Made by a program: the position numbers and the translations under genes
Notes under the pieces: generated by a model
What the model was told of the DNA's origin: nothing
The model's database searches: none
Seen by the model: only the letters and a program-made list of their open reading frames with translations
Shown: positions 50,464-62,459 of the stretch, one piece after another
How positions within the stretch are numbered: position 1 is the stretch's first letter
Layout of the letters: each line of letters opens with the position of its first letter
DNA from: Somniosus microcephalus
Lineage: Eukaryota
Direction: 5' to 3'
DNA length: 64,000 nucleotides
Assembly: GCA_052327205.1 (NCBI GenBank)
Contig: CM126224.1
Span: 27,962,001-28,026,000, forward strand

Positions 50464-53400
50464 ATGCCGAAGATTGGCAATATCACTGCCTTCAATAATG
50501 CAATAGAAGACTGGACCACATATGTGGAAAGAGTCGAAGTATATTGCGAGGCAAACGAAGTAGCCGATGAGAAAAAGGCATCGGTACTACTAAACTTAAT
50601 GGGCGCAAGAACATACGGCCTATTGCGGAACCTGATTACTCCAGCCAAACCGATGGCGAAGAGTTTTAACTAAATTGTTGATATCCTACAGGAACACCTA
50701 AATCCTACACCGCTGCTGATAGCAGAAAGATTTAAATTCCACAGGAGAAATCAGCATAAAGATGAGAGCAATGCCGATTATCTTACGGAACTACGCAAGC
50801 TATCAAAGCACTGCCAGTTCGGAGCAGGACTGACAGATACTCTACGGGACAAATTTGTCTGTGGACTCCTGAGTGAAGGAACCCAGAATAGGTTACTCTG
50901 AGAAAGAGCTGACGCTAGATAAGGCTTTCAGCGTGGCAGTATCGTACAAAGCAGCAGCAAGGGGAGCTGCGGATATACAGCAAAAGCCACAGGAATACGG
51001 CACCCACGAAATGACACGAGGATTTGAAAAATGTTATCGCTGCGGCAGAACAACCCATGACCAGAAGGACTGCTGGTCCAAGGACAAAATATGCAGGCAA
51101 TGCAGAAAGATGGGACACATTGCACAAGTTTGCAGGTCTGGGAAGAAGACTAACGACAACAAAAAGGCTACTAAGGAACAGTACAGGAAAGTACAAAAGA
51201 TGACGGACAGTAGTTCCGAAGACCAGATGAGCGAGTGAATCCGGGAACAAGAGACTAAGCTGTCTCAAACTTCACAACGTAATCGCAAAAGAGGATCACC
51301 GAACCATTTGGGTCACCCTCACGATAGTAGGGTTCCAAGTCAAAATGGAATTGGATACAGGATCAGCCCTGACCGTCATGAATCGTCGAGACTACGAGCG
51401 GCTATTCTCACACATACCCTTGAAAGAGACATCCATTATCTTGAAGACGTATACGGGGCAAAAAGTATACCCCAGAGGGAAAATAAGGGTGCCTGTCGAA
51501 TACAACGGCAAGGAAATACAGAAATTGTATCTGTACATACTGCAAGATGGTGGACCACCGTTATTGGGATGTGAATGGATCAGAAAGATAAGTTTAGACT
51601 GGCACTCCATTCAGGCACTGACGGTGGCTGGTAAAAAGGATGACGACGTCACACCTGGACGATTGTCAAAAATCTTAGCTAATGCCAAAGAGGTATTTCA
51701 ACAAGAACTGGGAACTCTTAAAGGCGTAACCACCTCGATAAAAATAGAGAGAATGCAATTCCCAAGTTTTTCAAAGCAAGACCGGTACCATATGCAATTC
51801 GCCCAGCCGTCGAGGCAGAGCTGGAGAATCTGGAGAATGCAGGCGTGTTATCTAAGGTAGACTGGAGCGAGTGGGCGACACCCATCGTTCCTGTCATGAA
51901 GAAAACATTAAACAATAAATCTGAGGAGCCAAGGAAGGTTCGCATCTGTGGGGACTTCAAGGTGACGGTGAACCCAGTCCTTCACACAGTACAATATCCT
52001 CTCCCGAGGATAGAAGATATTTTCGCCTCACTATCTGGAGGGAAGCGTTTTACAAAAATTGACCTAGCACAAGCATATTTGCAGATGGAGGTTGAAGAAT
52101 CCTCTAGGAAGTATCTCACGATAAACACTCACAAAGGTCTTTACCAGTATAATCGACTGGTATTCGGAGTAGCATCAGTTCCGGCGATATGGCAAAGAGC
52201 GATGGAACAAATCCTGCAAGGGATTCCGGGGACTCAGTGTTACTTGGACGACATCCTAGTGACAGGTGAAGATGACAGTGAACACCTTGCCAACCTAGAG
52301 CAGGTGCTCAATAGACTAAGAGAACATGGGCTACGAGCCAATCGCCCTAAGTGCAAGTTTTTTAAGAAACAGATATCGTATTGTGGCCACGTGATTGATG
52401 AAGAGGGGTTACATAAGTCCCCTGACAAAATTGAAGCAGTAGTTAAGGCTCCAGCGCCTGAAAATGTGTCGCAACTGAGGTCATTCCTCGGATTGGTGAA
52501 TTACTACCATAAGTTTTTGCCGAATTTGTCCACAATTCTGCACCCACTGAACGCCCTACTACAAACTGGAGTAGCATGGAAATGGAGCGATGAATGTAAG
52601 CGGGCCTTTCAGAAGAGTAAAGACCTAATCACTTCAGGAGAAGTATTGGCTCACTACAACCCATCACTACCGATAAGACTGGCGTGTGATGCGTCTCCCT
52701 ACGGCATTGGAGCGGTACTGTCACATAAATTCCTTGATGGTTCAGAGAGGCTGATAGCTTTTGCGTCACGCTCGTTAACTTCAGCCGAGCGTAACTACGC
52801 CCAGATTGACAGAGAGGCCCTCAGCCTGGTGTGGGGGGTGAAGAAGTTCAATCACTACCTGCACGGTCAGAAATTTACTCTACTAACTGATCATCAACCT
52901 CTTGTCTCCATTTTCAACCCTCAGAAGGGTGTCCCGATAATGACAGCACAACAGCTACAGAGGTGGTCCCTTTTCCTAGGGGCACACCAATATGACATCG
53001 AGTACAAAGGAACTAAACAGCATGGGAATGCTGATGGATTGTTGCGCCTACCGTTGCCGACGGTGGAAGAAGCACCTGCAGTGGATCCTGTGGAGATATT
53101 CCACTCGACCATAGTCGAATGTCTACCTGTGACGAATGCAAACATAGAAAAGGAAACACGAAATGACCCGACACTCTCCTGGGTCTATGATTTAACGGTG
53201 AAGGGATGGCCAGCACATGGCGAACCACTGTTGCCAGCATTCTCGCCGAGAAGAGAACAGCTGTCAGTGTGCAGAGGAACCTTGATGTGTGGATCCAGAG
53301 TAGTAATTCCACCCAAATTGAAGGATAGAGTGCTCAATGAGCTTCATGAGGGTCATCTGGGAGGGGTAAAAATGAAGAACTTAGCCAGAGCGTTTGTGTG

Positions 53401-54415
53401 GTGGCCGGGAATCGATAGAGAAATCGAAGAGATGACCAAGAGCTGTACAGGATGCCAGAAGGTCCAAAACGCCCCACCACAAGCCCCTCTACATCCATGG
53501 GAGTGGCCCTCATCTCCATGGCAAAGGGTGCACATTGATTTTGCTGGTCCATTTATGGACTCGATGTTTTTAATTGCGGTGGATGCACATTCAAAGTGGC
53601 CAGAGGTAATAAAAATGTCCTCAACCACCACAGAAAAAACTATCGCAGTCTTACGAACCATATTCACCAGAAATGGGCTGCCTGAACAGATTTGCTCCGA
53701 CAATGGACCACAGTTTGTGTCTGAAGAGTTCCGGAGGTTCTTAAAGAACAATGGTGTTAAGCATTACACATCCGCCCCATATCATCCAGCCACCAATGGA
53801 TTGGCTGAGAGGTTCGTTCAAACATTCAAGAAGGCTATCAAGGCAATGTGTAATGAAGACATACCCCTACAACACAAGGTGGATAACTTCTTGTTTGCCT
53901 ACCGGAATGCGACACATGCGGTTACCAACCAAACTCCAGCCATGATGTTCTTCAATCGAAGACTACGATGCCGCTTCGATTTGGTTAAGCCAAACATCAG
54001 AAGAGATGTGGAGAACAGGCAGTTTCAGAATATGAATGAAAGGCAGACCAGGAGTTTTAAGATAGGTCAACCAGTTTTGGCCCGGGACTACCGCACAGAG
54101 AAATGGCAGCCAGGAACGATCTGTACACGGTAAGGACCTCTAATGTATACCGTGGATGTTGGAGAGAGCATTGTAAGACGCCATGCTGACCAGATTCTAG
54201 AGTCACTGGAAAACGTCAATTCCACACCACGATCCGATATACCTGGTGATGATACCGAAGTACCAATTGCATCTACCTCAGAATCGGGAATATTGGAAGC
54301 AGACGAACCAAACAACGACGTTGATTCCGAATCAACTCTGCCAGAAGAACCTGATACCCCAAAGAGGCGTTATCCAGACAGAATCAGGAAGCCTCCTCAA
54401 AGACTGAACTTATAA
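50464..54415 (+). pseudogene. Disabled gag-pol of the Gypsy element
   Basis: Gag DWTTYVER, with a stop at 50671-50673. Knuckles CYRCGRTTHDQKDC and CRQCRKMGHIAQVC. Protease LDTGS, RT YLDD, RNase H DAS, integrase HIDFAG / SDNG / LAER. Frameshifts, and a stop at 54131-54133. Confidence 0.93.
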
Positions 54416-54501
54416 TTGCTTAACTTCAGCTAATGTATATGGCAACTGTAATTGTAAATATGTTATTTAATTATTAATCGAATGTTATGTACTGTTTAGC
54501 T

Positions 54502-54514
54502 AAAAGGGGAGGAA
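54502..54514 (+). promoter_or_regulatory. Polypurine tract
   Basis: aaaaggggaggaa, 1 nt before the 3' LTR. Confidence 0.9.
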
Positions 54515-54515
54515 T

Positions 54516-54706
54516 TGTAGTGTATGTACTTTGCAGAAGGAACTATATTCTGCAGCCCCTGTATACGGCAGTACCAGTAGTGACCACCCCTGTGTATAAG
54601 CCTGTGTAGTAACTTTGCATAGTTAGTTCCAGTTTGTCTCCACTTAATAAAGACCTGTTATAACCAACTCCTGCAGTCCGTGTCTCAATTACACACGGAC
54701 ATAATA
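54516..54706 (+). repeat. 3' LTR (191 bp)
   Basis: Direct repeat of the 5' LTR. It keeps AATAAA where the 5' LTR has AGTAAA. Confidence 0.95.
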
Positions 54707-55722
54707 CTTGTATGTATTTACAGGCACTTGAAATTAAGACACTCATTCATGCAAAAGTACATGGGTTTTCATTAAACTAAAACATACACAATTTACATCA
54801 TGATTGTTCATGTAATCTAGCAACATCTGTTTTCCAAACACTACTAGAAACCCCCGCAGTGCCTGAAACATGCTGCTAATGTCATGATGCCATCAATACT
54901 AGTCATGAGTAGCCTACTCGTGTCAAGAGGAAGTAGGGCTCTTTTTATAGATAATTCATTATTTATCTCTATTCCCCACCAAAAGGCATTGTGCGTATGT
55001 TTGTGCATCGATAAGAAGGAAAGGGATTAACGGACATTGCCTTTTCCACCAGGGCCTGGACCAGATTGACAAGTGAGCTGCAGGGGCGTACATTTTAGGT
55101 AAATTCTCACCCATCTACCTGAGGGAGATGCCCCCATATCCATGCGATACCCCACAGGGTGGGCAGACCGAGAACTGATAAAAAGCCATCCAAGCAGTGA
55201 TTGCTGGGTTTCACCGTCAAAGGTGGGCCACAAACCCACACAACAATTCAGTGTCTTATACCCAACAGGGTAAATTTTACAACATTATGCAGTGGCCTCG
55301 CATCTGCATGGGGGAGGGGCTTGCCAAATCACAAGAGCAGGCCTTTGTGTCCGCTCTGCACCGGGCTTCGCCACCTTTCCTTTTGCAGCTGGGCTGTGCT
55401 GGAATCATTACAGGCTTCTGACGCTGGCACGAATGTCTCTTTAAACCTTCACTTCCTATTGAAGTGAGGTTTGCGCTTATCCACCTGGCAGACACCCATC
55501 CTGAGAGCGCGTCTCTGAAAGATGGGTTTGTGAGATTATTATTTTTTTTTTTTAGCTTCGTTAGTTCTTTGCTTTGTTTGCACTTAGTTTGGTGCATTGC
55601 TTTTTTTTTTCTTTTGGCTTCATTTTTGCATTTTTCTGTTTGTTTTATTTTCCTTTTTTTATTTTGCCTTCTTGCATTGAAGGGAGTTCAAACCTAAATT
55701 AAATCAACCTTAACTCGTAGGA

Positions 55723-56344
55723 AATAACAATAGAAAACGCTGGAAAAACTCAGCAGGCCAGGACAGCATCCGTGGAGAGAGAAACAGAGTTAACGTTTCA
55801 GGTCGATGGCCTTTCGTCAGAACTGGAAAAAAGCAAGAAATGGAAAGCAGGTTTAGGGGCTGGGAAAAGGGGGAGGGGATGAAAGAACAAAAGGGAAGGT
55901 CCGTGATAGGATAGAAAGCAGGAGAGATTAAGAGACACTGAGAGACATTAAGAGATATTCAAGGCGAGAGGAGGTGGTAACAGGACAGGTTAAGAAACAA
56001 GGGATGGCTCAAGATGGGGTGTGAATTGCACTGGCAGAATGAAGGACAGCTGAAGGGAGGGAAAAATAGCAAACAAAAATTGTGGATAAAAAAAAGAAAA
56101 TATATATATGTGATAGGGGCTGAGGTTATGATCTGAAATTGTTGAACTCTATGTTGAGTCCAGAGGGCTGTAGAGTGCCTAATCGAAAGATGAGGTGCTG
56201 TTCCTCGAGCTTACGCTGAACTGCCGTGGACCAATGCAAGAGGCCGAGGACGGTGAGGTCTGAGTGGGAACGGAGCGGTGAATTAAAGTGACAGGCCACC
56301 AGGAGCTCGGGGTCCCCCTTACGGGCTGAACGGAGGTGTTCCGT
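55723..56344 (-). mobile_element. Penelope-like retroelement, 5'-truncated
   Basis: EHLRSARKGDPELLVACHFNSP...PSGLNIEFNNFRS is nearly identical to 13460-13789. Possible 6-bp TSD gtagga. Confidence 0.9.
55788..55826 (-). ncRNA. Minimal hammerhead ribozyme motif, catalytic core intact
   Basis: CCAGUU-CUGACGA-A-AGGCC(AUC)GACCU-GAAAC-GUU^AACUC. Stem I is AGUU/AACU; palindromic AACGUU replaces stem-loop III. Confidence 0.7.
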
Positions 56345-56469
56345 GTAGGATGAGCATTTCAATGTGAAATCCTTTTCCCCTCAGGGACTGGAGGATGAGG
56401 AAGTGCTCTACAGGCATGCACATCTGAGATGCTGAAACCATTATTTCATGGAATATCTAGATTGGACGG

Positions 56470-56829
56470 GTGAATCCCGGGAGGCCGGGGAACCCCTCTT
56501 GAGCTGTGGCTCATGAAATCATCTCAAAACCCAAGATCCCCAGCTGAAAGACAATATGATGAAGCAAAGATTCCACTACTTGGGCATGCTTAGCGTTTCC
56601 TATTGTATAGCCCCACAAAGGTATCCAAAGTGATAACGATATGCTGCGTGCTGCACAATTTTGTCCTGAGCCGTGGAATCACTGTGAATCAATGAGAAGA
56701 GGAGGATCAGGCAGCTCTGAACAGGATGGTGACAATGAGCCCAAGGCTGAGGAGGCAGCTGCTGCACTGGGGCTAGCAAGACACATGCAGCAAGGTCTAA
56801 TAGGCAACAATTTCAACGAAAATGAATAA
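56470..56829 (+). pseudogene. PIF/Harbinger (HARBI1-like) transposase C-terminal remnant
   Basis: Hand translation across frameshifts gives LWLMKSSQNPRSPAERQYDEA and LYSPTKVSKVITICCVLHNFVLSRG, then an acidic tail. Confidence 0.65.
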
Positions 56830-57089
56830 TTGTCCCTGCACAAGCATTGCTAGGTACATATTCACAACGAACTGTCCCATCAAACACCATGTCCACCATT
56901 ATCATCTACTTGACTTCATCTACCATGCATTCTCATCCATTCATCTCCTGCTGCAGTAATTTACCTCATTACAAATTAACTCTCTGAACAAAGTGGAAAT
57001 GGAATTCAAAATATTTATTAGCCTAACAGGGTTTGGTATGTTATAAATGAGTGTTTTCTTTTGCCCAGTGCTTTTACTTCCTCTCTTCT

Positions 57090-57345
57090 TTCTTCTTAGG
57101 CTTCCACATTAAAAATGAGTTCTCAGGTGACTGATGAGTCCAATGCGGGACCTACAGTCTCTGTCACAGGTGGGGCAGACGGTGGTTGAAGGGGCGGGTG
57201 GGTGGGGCGCTTGGGTTGACGTGCGCTCCTTGCGCTTGGCTTCCGCTTGCTCCTGGCGAAGAGACTCGAGGTGTTCGGCGCCTTCCCGGATGCTTCTCCT
57301 TCACTTTGTGCGGTCTTGGGCCAGGGATTCCCAGGTGTCGGTGGC
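57090..57345 (-). mobile_element. RTE-clade LINE 3' fragment
   Basis: Near-identical to 30585-30830. Confidence 0.9.
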
Positions 57346-58983
57346 TTTTACTTAGTGGCTAGTTGTTATACGTCTACTATGACCCAACTTAGTGCTTCTT
57401 CTAGGCGCTCTTCCAACAGGAGGAGGAAGTGAAGTGGCTGGATCTGAAAGAGTGGTCCTGGAGATGGCGATGACCCTGTACCTCCTTGTGCAAGCTCATG
57501 AGATGGTCCTAAACCGGCTGGTGACAGGCCAATAGCTCGTGGGTTGTCTGGGCCTGCCTGCATCTGGCTCCTTTTGAGTCATTTGAGTAGGATGGCTGGG
57601 TGGCATAGCTGCAGCATTACCCTGACAGGCAGCTCCCTTGGCCTTACCTACTCCTGCCAGGCCCCTGCTGTAGGACACTCCCTCAGTATGTCTCTGCTAT
57701 GGGGAAGATGTGTAAGTGGGAAGGCAGAAATGAAAGTTAAAAGGTAGATAAACTTAGAACAAAACTCATCTGCGGGCAACAAAGTCCATGAACGAAAACA
57801 AAATGAACGTAAAATTATCCAAAACTTACCCACAGTGCCATCTGGAGGAAAGAACCCATCTTCCCACATGCTCATCCTTGCCATACCGGGGCTTTCACCA
57901 CCACCCACCTGATTGTCCCCGACACCACAAGTCTCTTCTCTGTCTTAGGCCCCAAGTAAAGCTGAATCACTATCTAGTGTGGTACAATGCTGCTGCTGTA
58001 GGCAAACCAGGGAGCAGACACACTGATTTATTGCTAATATATGGTGGTGTCATTGTGGACAGCAATTGCCTGCTCTATTTTCTGTGCTGCAAAAAAATTA
58101 ACCAACCTGTAGAAGAAGTATCTTATTCCTTTACCTAGAATTGCACTTTAGTTCCCACTTTAGAGTTCTCCCTGTCAACCTTTCCTTTCCAGGAGAAATA
58201 TGTTGAGATATGAAGTTGTATAAATTTTGCTCTCAAGTCACCTCTTAAGAGCTGCAACCTAAAGTAACAACTTCAGCAAAACCCAACATGGAGGAACAGT
58301 AGGGATCTTTGATTTGAGTAAAACAATCTATGATAGCCTCTGTGTAACCTCTAAGAAATGAGAGCTGAATGTTTCTTTCCAGTTGTATATAAATAAGCAC
58401 AGGCCTCATCAGAGCTAGAGAACAAGTTGGATTACAGTGTTGGATAGAATTATCAACATTAGGGAAATCTTGAGTAAGATTTATGAGAACAATTGCAAAT
58501 CCATTTAAACATATGGAGCTATGTTTGCTTTTCAGACTGAGATACATTAAGATGGGTTACATTTCATCACCAAAATAAGTGAATCTAATTTGTTGCTATC
58601 ACAAACATTGTTCCCTGGCCCTTTGTACTGGAGCATGCATTGGTAGAGTATGTTGCGTCATTTTTATATTAAAACCATTGATTAGTATGAGTTCTCCATT
58701 GACAAAATATTGATACCCAAGTTTTGAAAATGCCTTACATTTTCCAATAATCAAATTCTCCAAAAAATGTGGAATAATTTTGGAGGTAAAATGCTGTTGA
58801 CTCAACACAAATACAATTTAACAATTATGCATACAATATGCTAAACGTTTATGTATAGCACACACTTCCTGTGGTTCCAGGAAAGTCACAGCACACACTT
58901 CCATCACATCTGGGTGTTATTTCCGCAATACCCGAGAGTTAGTTTTAGGCTATCAGGTATTAACTGCTCATTATCATATTGCT

Positions 58984-59428
58984 GTGTCAGCTGTGGCTCA
59001 GTGAGTAGCACACTCACCTCGGAGTCAGAAGGTTGTGGGTTCAAGTCCCACTCCAGGGACTTGAGTTAAAAATCTAGGCTGACACCCCAGTGCAGTGCTG
59101 AGGGAGCGCTGCACTGTCGGAGGTGCCATCTTTCGAATGAGACGTTAAACCGAGGCCCCGTCTGCTCTCTCAGGTGGACGTAAAAGATCCTATGGCCACT
59201 ATTTCGAAGAGCAGGGGAGTTATTCCCAGTATCCTGGCCAATATTTATCCCTCAATCAGCATCACTAAAAAACATTATCTGGTCATTATCACATTGCTGT
59301 TTGTGGGAGCTTGCTGTGCGCAAATTGGCTGCCGGGTTTCCTACACTACAAAAGTACTTCATTGGCTGTAAAGCACTTTGGGATGTCCTGAGGTAGTGAA
59401 TGACGTTATATAAATGCAAGTCTTTTCT
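58984..59428 (+). mobile_element. Full-length Deu-domain tRNA-SINE (SacSINE1/AmnSINE1-related)
   Basis: A box TGGCTCAGTGAG, B box GGTTCAAGTCC, Deu core, and tail ttatataaatgcaagtcttttct. Confidence 0.9.
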
Positions 59429-60114
59429 TATTTATACTTATCATTATGCTTACCATTTATTCCTCCCAACACTAGGTGATGCTGCTGCTCCTCCAAGTAC
59501 TGCCTCGCAGGTCCATTCCTCTCAATGGCACTACAGGCAAGTTTTATTTAATTTTATATATATATATTTTCCTTCCCTAAACTGGGATCCCTGCGGGTAA
59601 TTTACATTCAAAAAATATTTTAACTTTTATTTGTTGCCTTCGCTTGTCCATCCTTTCTGCAAGAGGGCTTTATTCACCTTCCTGCCTGCTTTTCCTCGCT
59701 GCTGTAGGGTCCCCCCACTGTCCTGGGCCAGCTGCCTCATCTTTCCTAAATCCCTAGACCTTCTGCTCCCCCCTGCCCTACTGCATCCTGCTTACAACTC
59801 CGTGAGCCTCCTCTGCCATCCCTGGCGCTGCTACTGCCACCGCCTCTCGTCCAACTCTGTTCTGTTTGCATCCAGGCCTGGTGCCCAATCTTTGCTGGTT
59901 TCCCTGCAGTGGGAAACTGGCTGCCAACCATAGTTGGCAAATATATTAGAAATGCCAACAGTGCTTTGAAAAGTGTCGGATTCCCAGCCTCAGTGCTGTG
60001 AAACTGTTGAGGATCTGGCTGTAGATATGAGGGTGGGAAGCAGGAGGGGGGGGGCTATACCTGCAGAACAAATTAGGGTATGGCTGGTTGGGGAGGTAAG
60101 GATGGGACATCACA

Positions 60115-60510
60115 TTAAGAGGTGAGGGGTGAGTAGGAAAGAAGAGGGAAAGGGGATGGGGAATATTGAGGAACTGAGAAAGGAAGTGGATAGGGAAGAG
60201 TCAGGGAGTAAGAGGGGAAAAGTGATCTGGGAAGGTACGATAAGGAAAGCTCCACCCTTTCAACTTCGCTCCTATCCACATCCTTTGTACCCCTGTCCCA
60301 TCCCCTAATCATTCTCCCAAATTTTCCCCCCTGCTCCTCTCCCCTCGTTCCCTTCTCTCCTTTCCGCTTCTGTCCCTCACCGTCTCCTCCCTACTCCCTC
60401 TTCCCTGTTACTCTCCTTTCCTCCTTCTCTTTTCTTCCTCTCTTCCTCCCCTCCTCCTCCCTCCATTTTCCCCAGCCTCTTCCTTCTGCCCACTCCCCCT
60501 CCCCTCTGCT
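60115..60510. repeat. Purine-rich block followed by a pyrimidine-rich low-complexity block
   Basis: G/A-rich at about 60115-60250, then C/T-rich at about 60250-60510. Confidence 0.75.
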
Positions 60511-61061
60511 TGGCCTGAATATCATTCTTGGTCTTTGCACTCACCGTTTGCAATGCCATGGAAGATCAACTCATGTATATACACACAGATATATATATAT
60601 TAAATAGATATAATTCTAGAGTCTGTCACACTTGAGAGACCACTTTTTGTAATAGATACAAAATTATCTTTGAAAGGGTATAGGAATAAAGAAGAAACAA
60701 AGCCAGTCATTGCTGTTTTTCTGACTTTCAGGATTTAAAAATCAGCCTCCAGTCTTTGCTCAATCCCTCTTGAGCAAAGGGATTTAAAGTCAGCTAGCAA
60801 TCTACAGAGACAAAGGCACCCTCTAATTGACCTCAGAGTGGGCCTATTTGCAGCGATTCGACCTCACGGCCTTAAAGGAGCACAGCAGTGTAATACATTG
60901 TGCATTATGGGGTACAATGCTCCTGTCCTTATAAAGCAGCACATCTTCCGACATGTCATGAGCAATGCAATCAGAGATCTGCGGATTAGTGTATATAAAA
61001 AATTGGGGCCCATAATTATTTGATGAAAAAAAAAGTGCAGTTTTCTGCATTTGCTTCTTAC

Positions 61062-61169
61062 CTAAGGAGTGTGCTGCTGTGGTTTTGGAACTGAAAAAGC
61101 GTCCCAGCCCTAGGTCCCCCAGCTTGACTGCTCCTTTTGCTGTTATGAACACATTTGCCGGCTTGATGT
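61062..61169 (-). CDS. NEK6: NEK6 coding exon (108 bp, phase 1/1): (D)[35 protein letters not shown]
   Basis: Acceptor ttttcattcttag|ACATC, donor TTAG|gtaaga. Contains the catalytic loop and the DLG motif typical of NEK6/7. Confidence 0.95.
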
Positions 61170-61935
61170 CTAAGAATGAAAACAGAGAATCAATCAATAA
61201 TGAATGAAAGAGTGTTTTAAAAGAAAAAGTCAGGAAGTACTCACAATGATTGCATTACACTGACATTTGTTTGTGGTCTGCATATTATCAATAGGTTTTA
61301 TTTTTGACAGTTATCTTGTATCTGTTCATAAATATCATAAATAATATAATTTTCACCTCCCAGTCACAGGCTCAGAATGGATTCTAATTTCATTGACTCT
61401 GATTGCACTGTATAAAAATAAGCTGCCAATAGGAACCTGTGTTGCACCATATCCATGGTATTATATTGTGATATTTCAGGATCGCACAGTGCCTGTATCA
61501 TTAGCCCTTCTTGCCTAAATGCTGGTAACCAGTTTTGGATTGCATTGTGAATCCTGTTATAACCCCACTTTCAGTCATGTGAGTCAGATGATTTCACAGA
61601 TCCATAATTATAAGTGAGAAGGCACAGAGTCTGGATATTCTACTAACAAATCTGTTGCAATGGAGCCATAGTATGATGGCGCATGATCATGTAAAATTTA
61701 ATGAGTAAATCGGTTATGAAAGCCAGATCATGGCAACAAACCTCAAACCAACTGTTAGGAACAGAAATAGTTTTATTAATCGCTCTAGGCTATTTTTGAT
61801 ATTTAAAGGTGAGTAGCTATATTGTAAGGCTCTTAAAACAAGAACCAAAGATAGGACATTTCTTGAAATGTTTATTATTATTTCACATTGTGACAAATTG
61901 CCAGCGCCTTAACTGAAAATATCAGAAATATTCAA

Positions 61936-62459
61936 GGGGCTGAAAATCTGGGTCAAAGTCTGTTGTCATTCACTGTTTACAGGAATTTCAGTTGTCATGA
62001 TATGATTCAGGATTTAAGTATTGAAAAGGCATCATCAGTCAATGACTGAGAATACAACATCTGGATACTGACACAAGAACGGCACACTGGATTGAACCAT
62101 AGACCAAGACCACAGACCAAGGACGGAGTATATTGGTCCAAGCAGGAGTCAGAAAACTGGCGGCAGGAACTGTCAGACTGAATCTGAAACTCCACTGGCA
62201 CCTGGGTCGCTTCCTTGTGCGGACAAGATATCTGCAGTGCTGATCTTAGTTGTGTCTGATTGGGCCGATCGGCTAAAATTCCTAATTTTCCTGAATCGGT
62301 CCAAATCAACTGAATTCAGATTTCTGGCTTAGGTTTTACCATAAGCAGCTGGGAGAGTTATATAATCATCACGGCAATGGGTAAAAGAGAAAAGAAATAT
62401 AAAACTCTGAGCTGTGATTGCAAATAATAAGAAGCCTTTTGGGCCAGATTTCGAACCCC
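61936..62459. mobile_element. MITE-like element
   Basis: Terminal inverted match ggggctgaaaatctgggtcaaag / cttttgggccagatttcgaacccc. No clear TSD. Confidence 0.45.

Larger units (their letters stand above)
49575..54706 (+). mobile_element. Structurally complete Ty3/Gypsy LTR retrotransposon, Mag-like clade (5132 bp)
   Basis: Two 191-bp LTRs, PBS, PPT and gag-PR-RT-RH-INT order. Two CCHC knuckles. Flanks ATTGT / CTTGT. Confidence 0.95.

Noticed and set aside
51845-54133. 762-aa ORF as a domesticated Gypsy gene
   Set aside because: It sits in an element with near-identical LTRs, lacks an ATG start and is bounded by a frameshift and a premature stop. This fits neutral decay of a young copy.
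58245-58808. Possible ancient L1-type RT remnant on the minus strand
   Set aside because: Only a vague LING-like word, with no ordered RT motifs.
58984-59060. tRNA gene
   Set aside because: The A and B boxes continue directly into the Deu-SINE body, so this is a SINE head.
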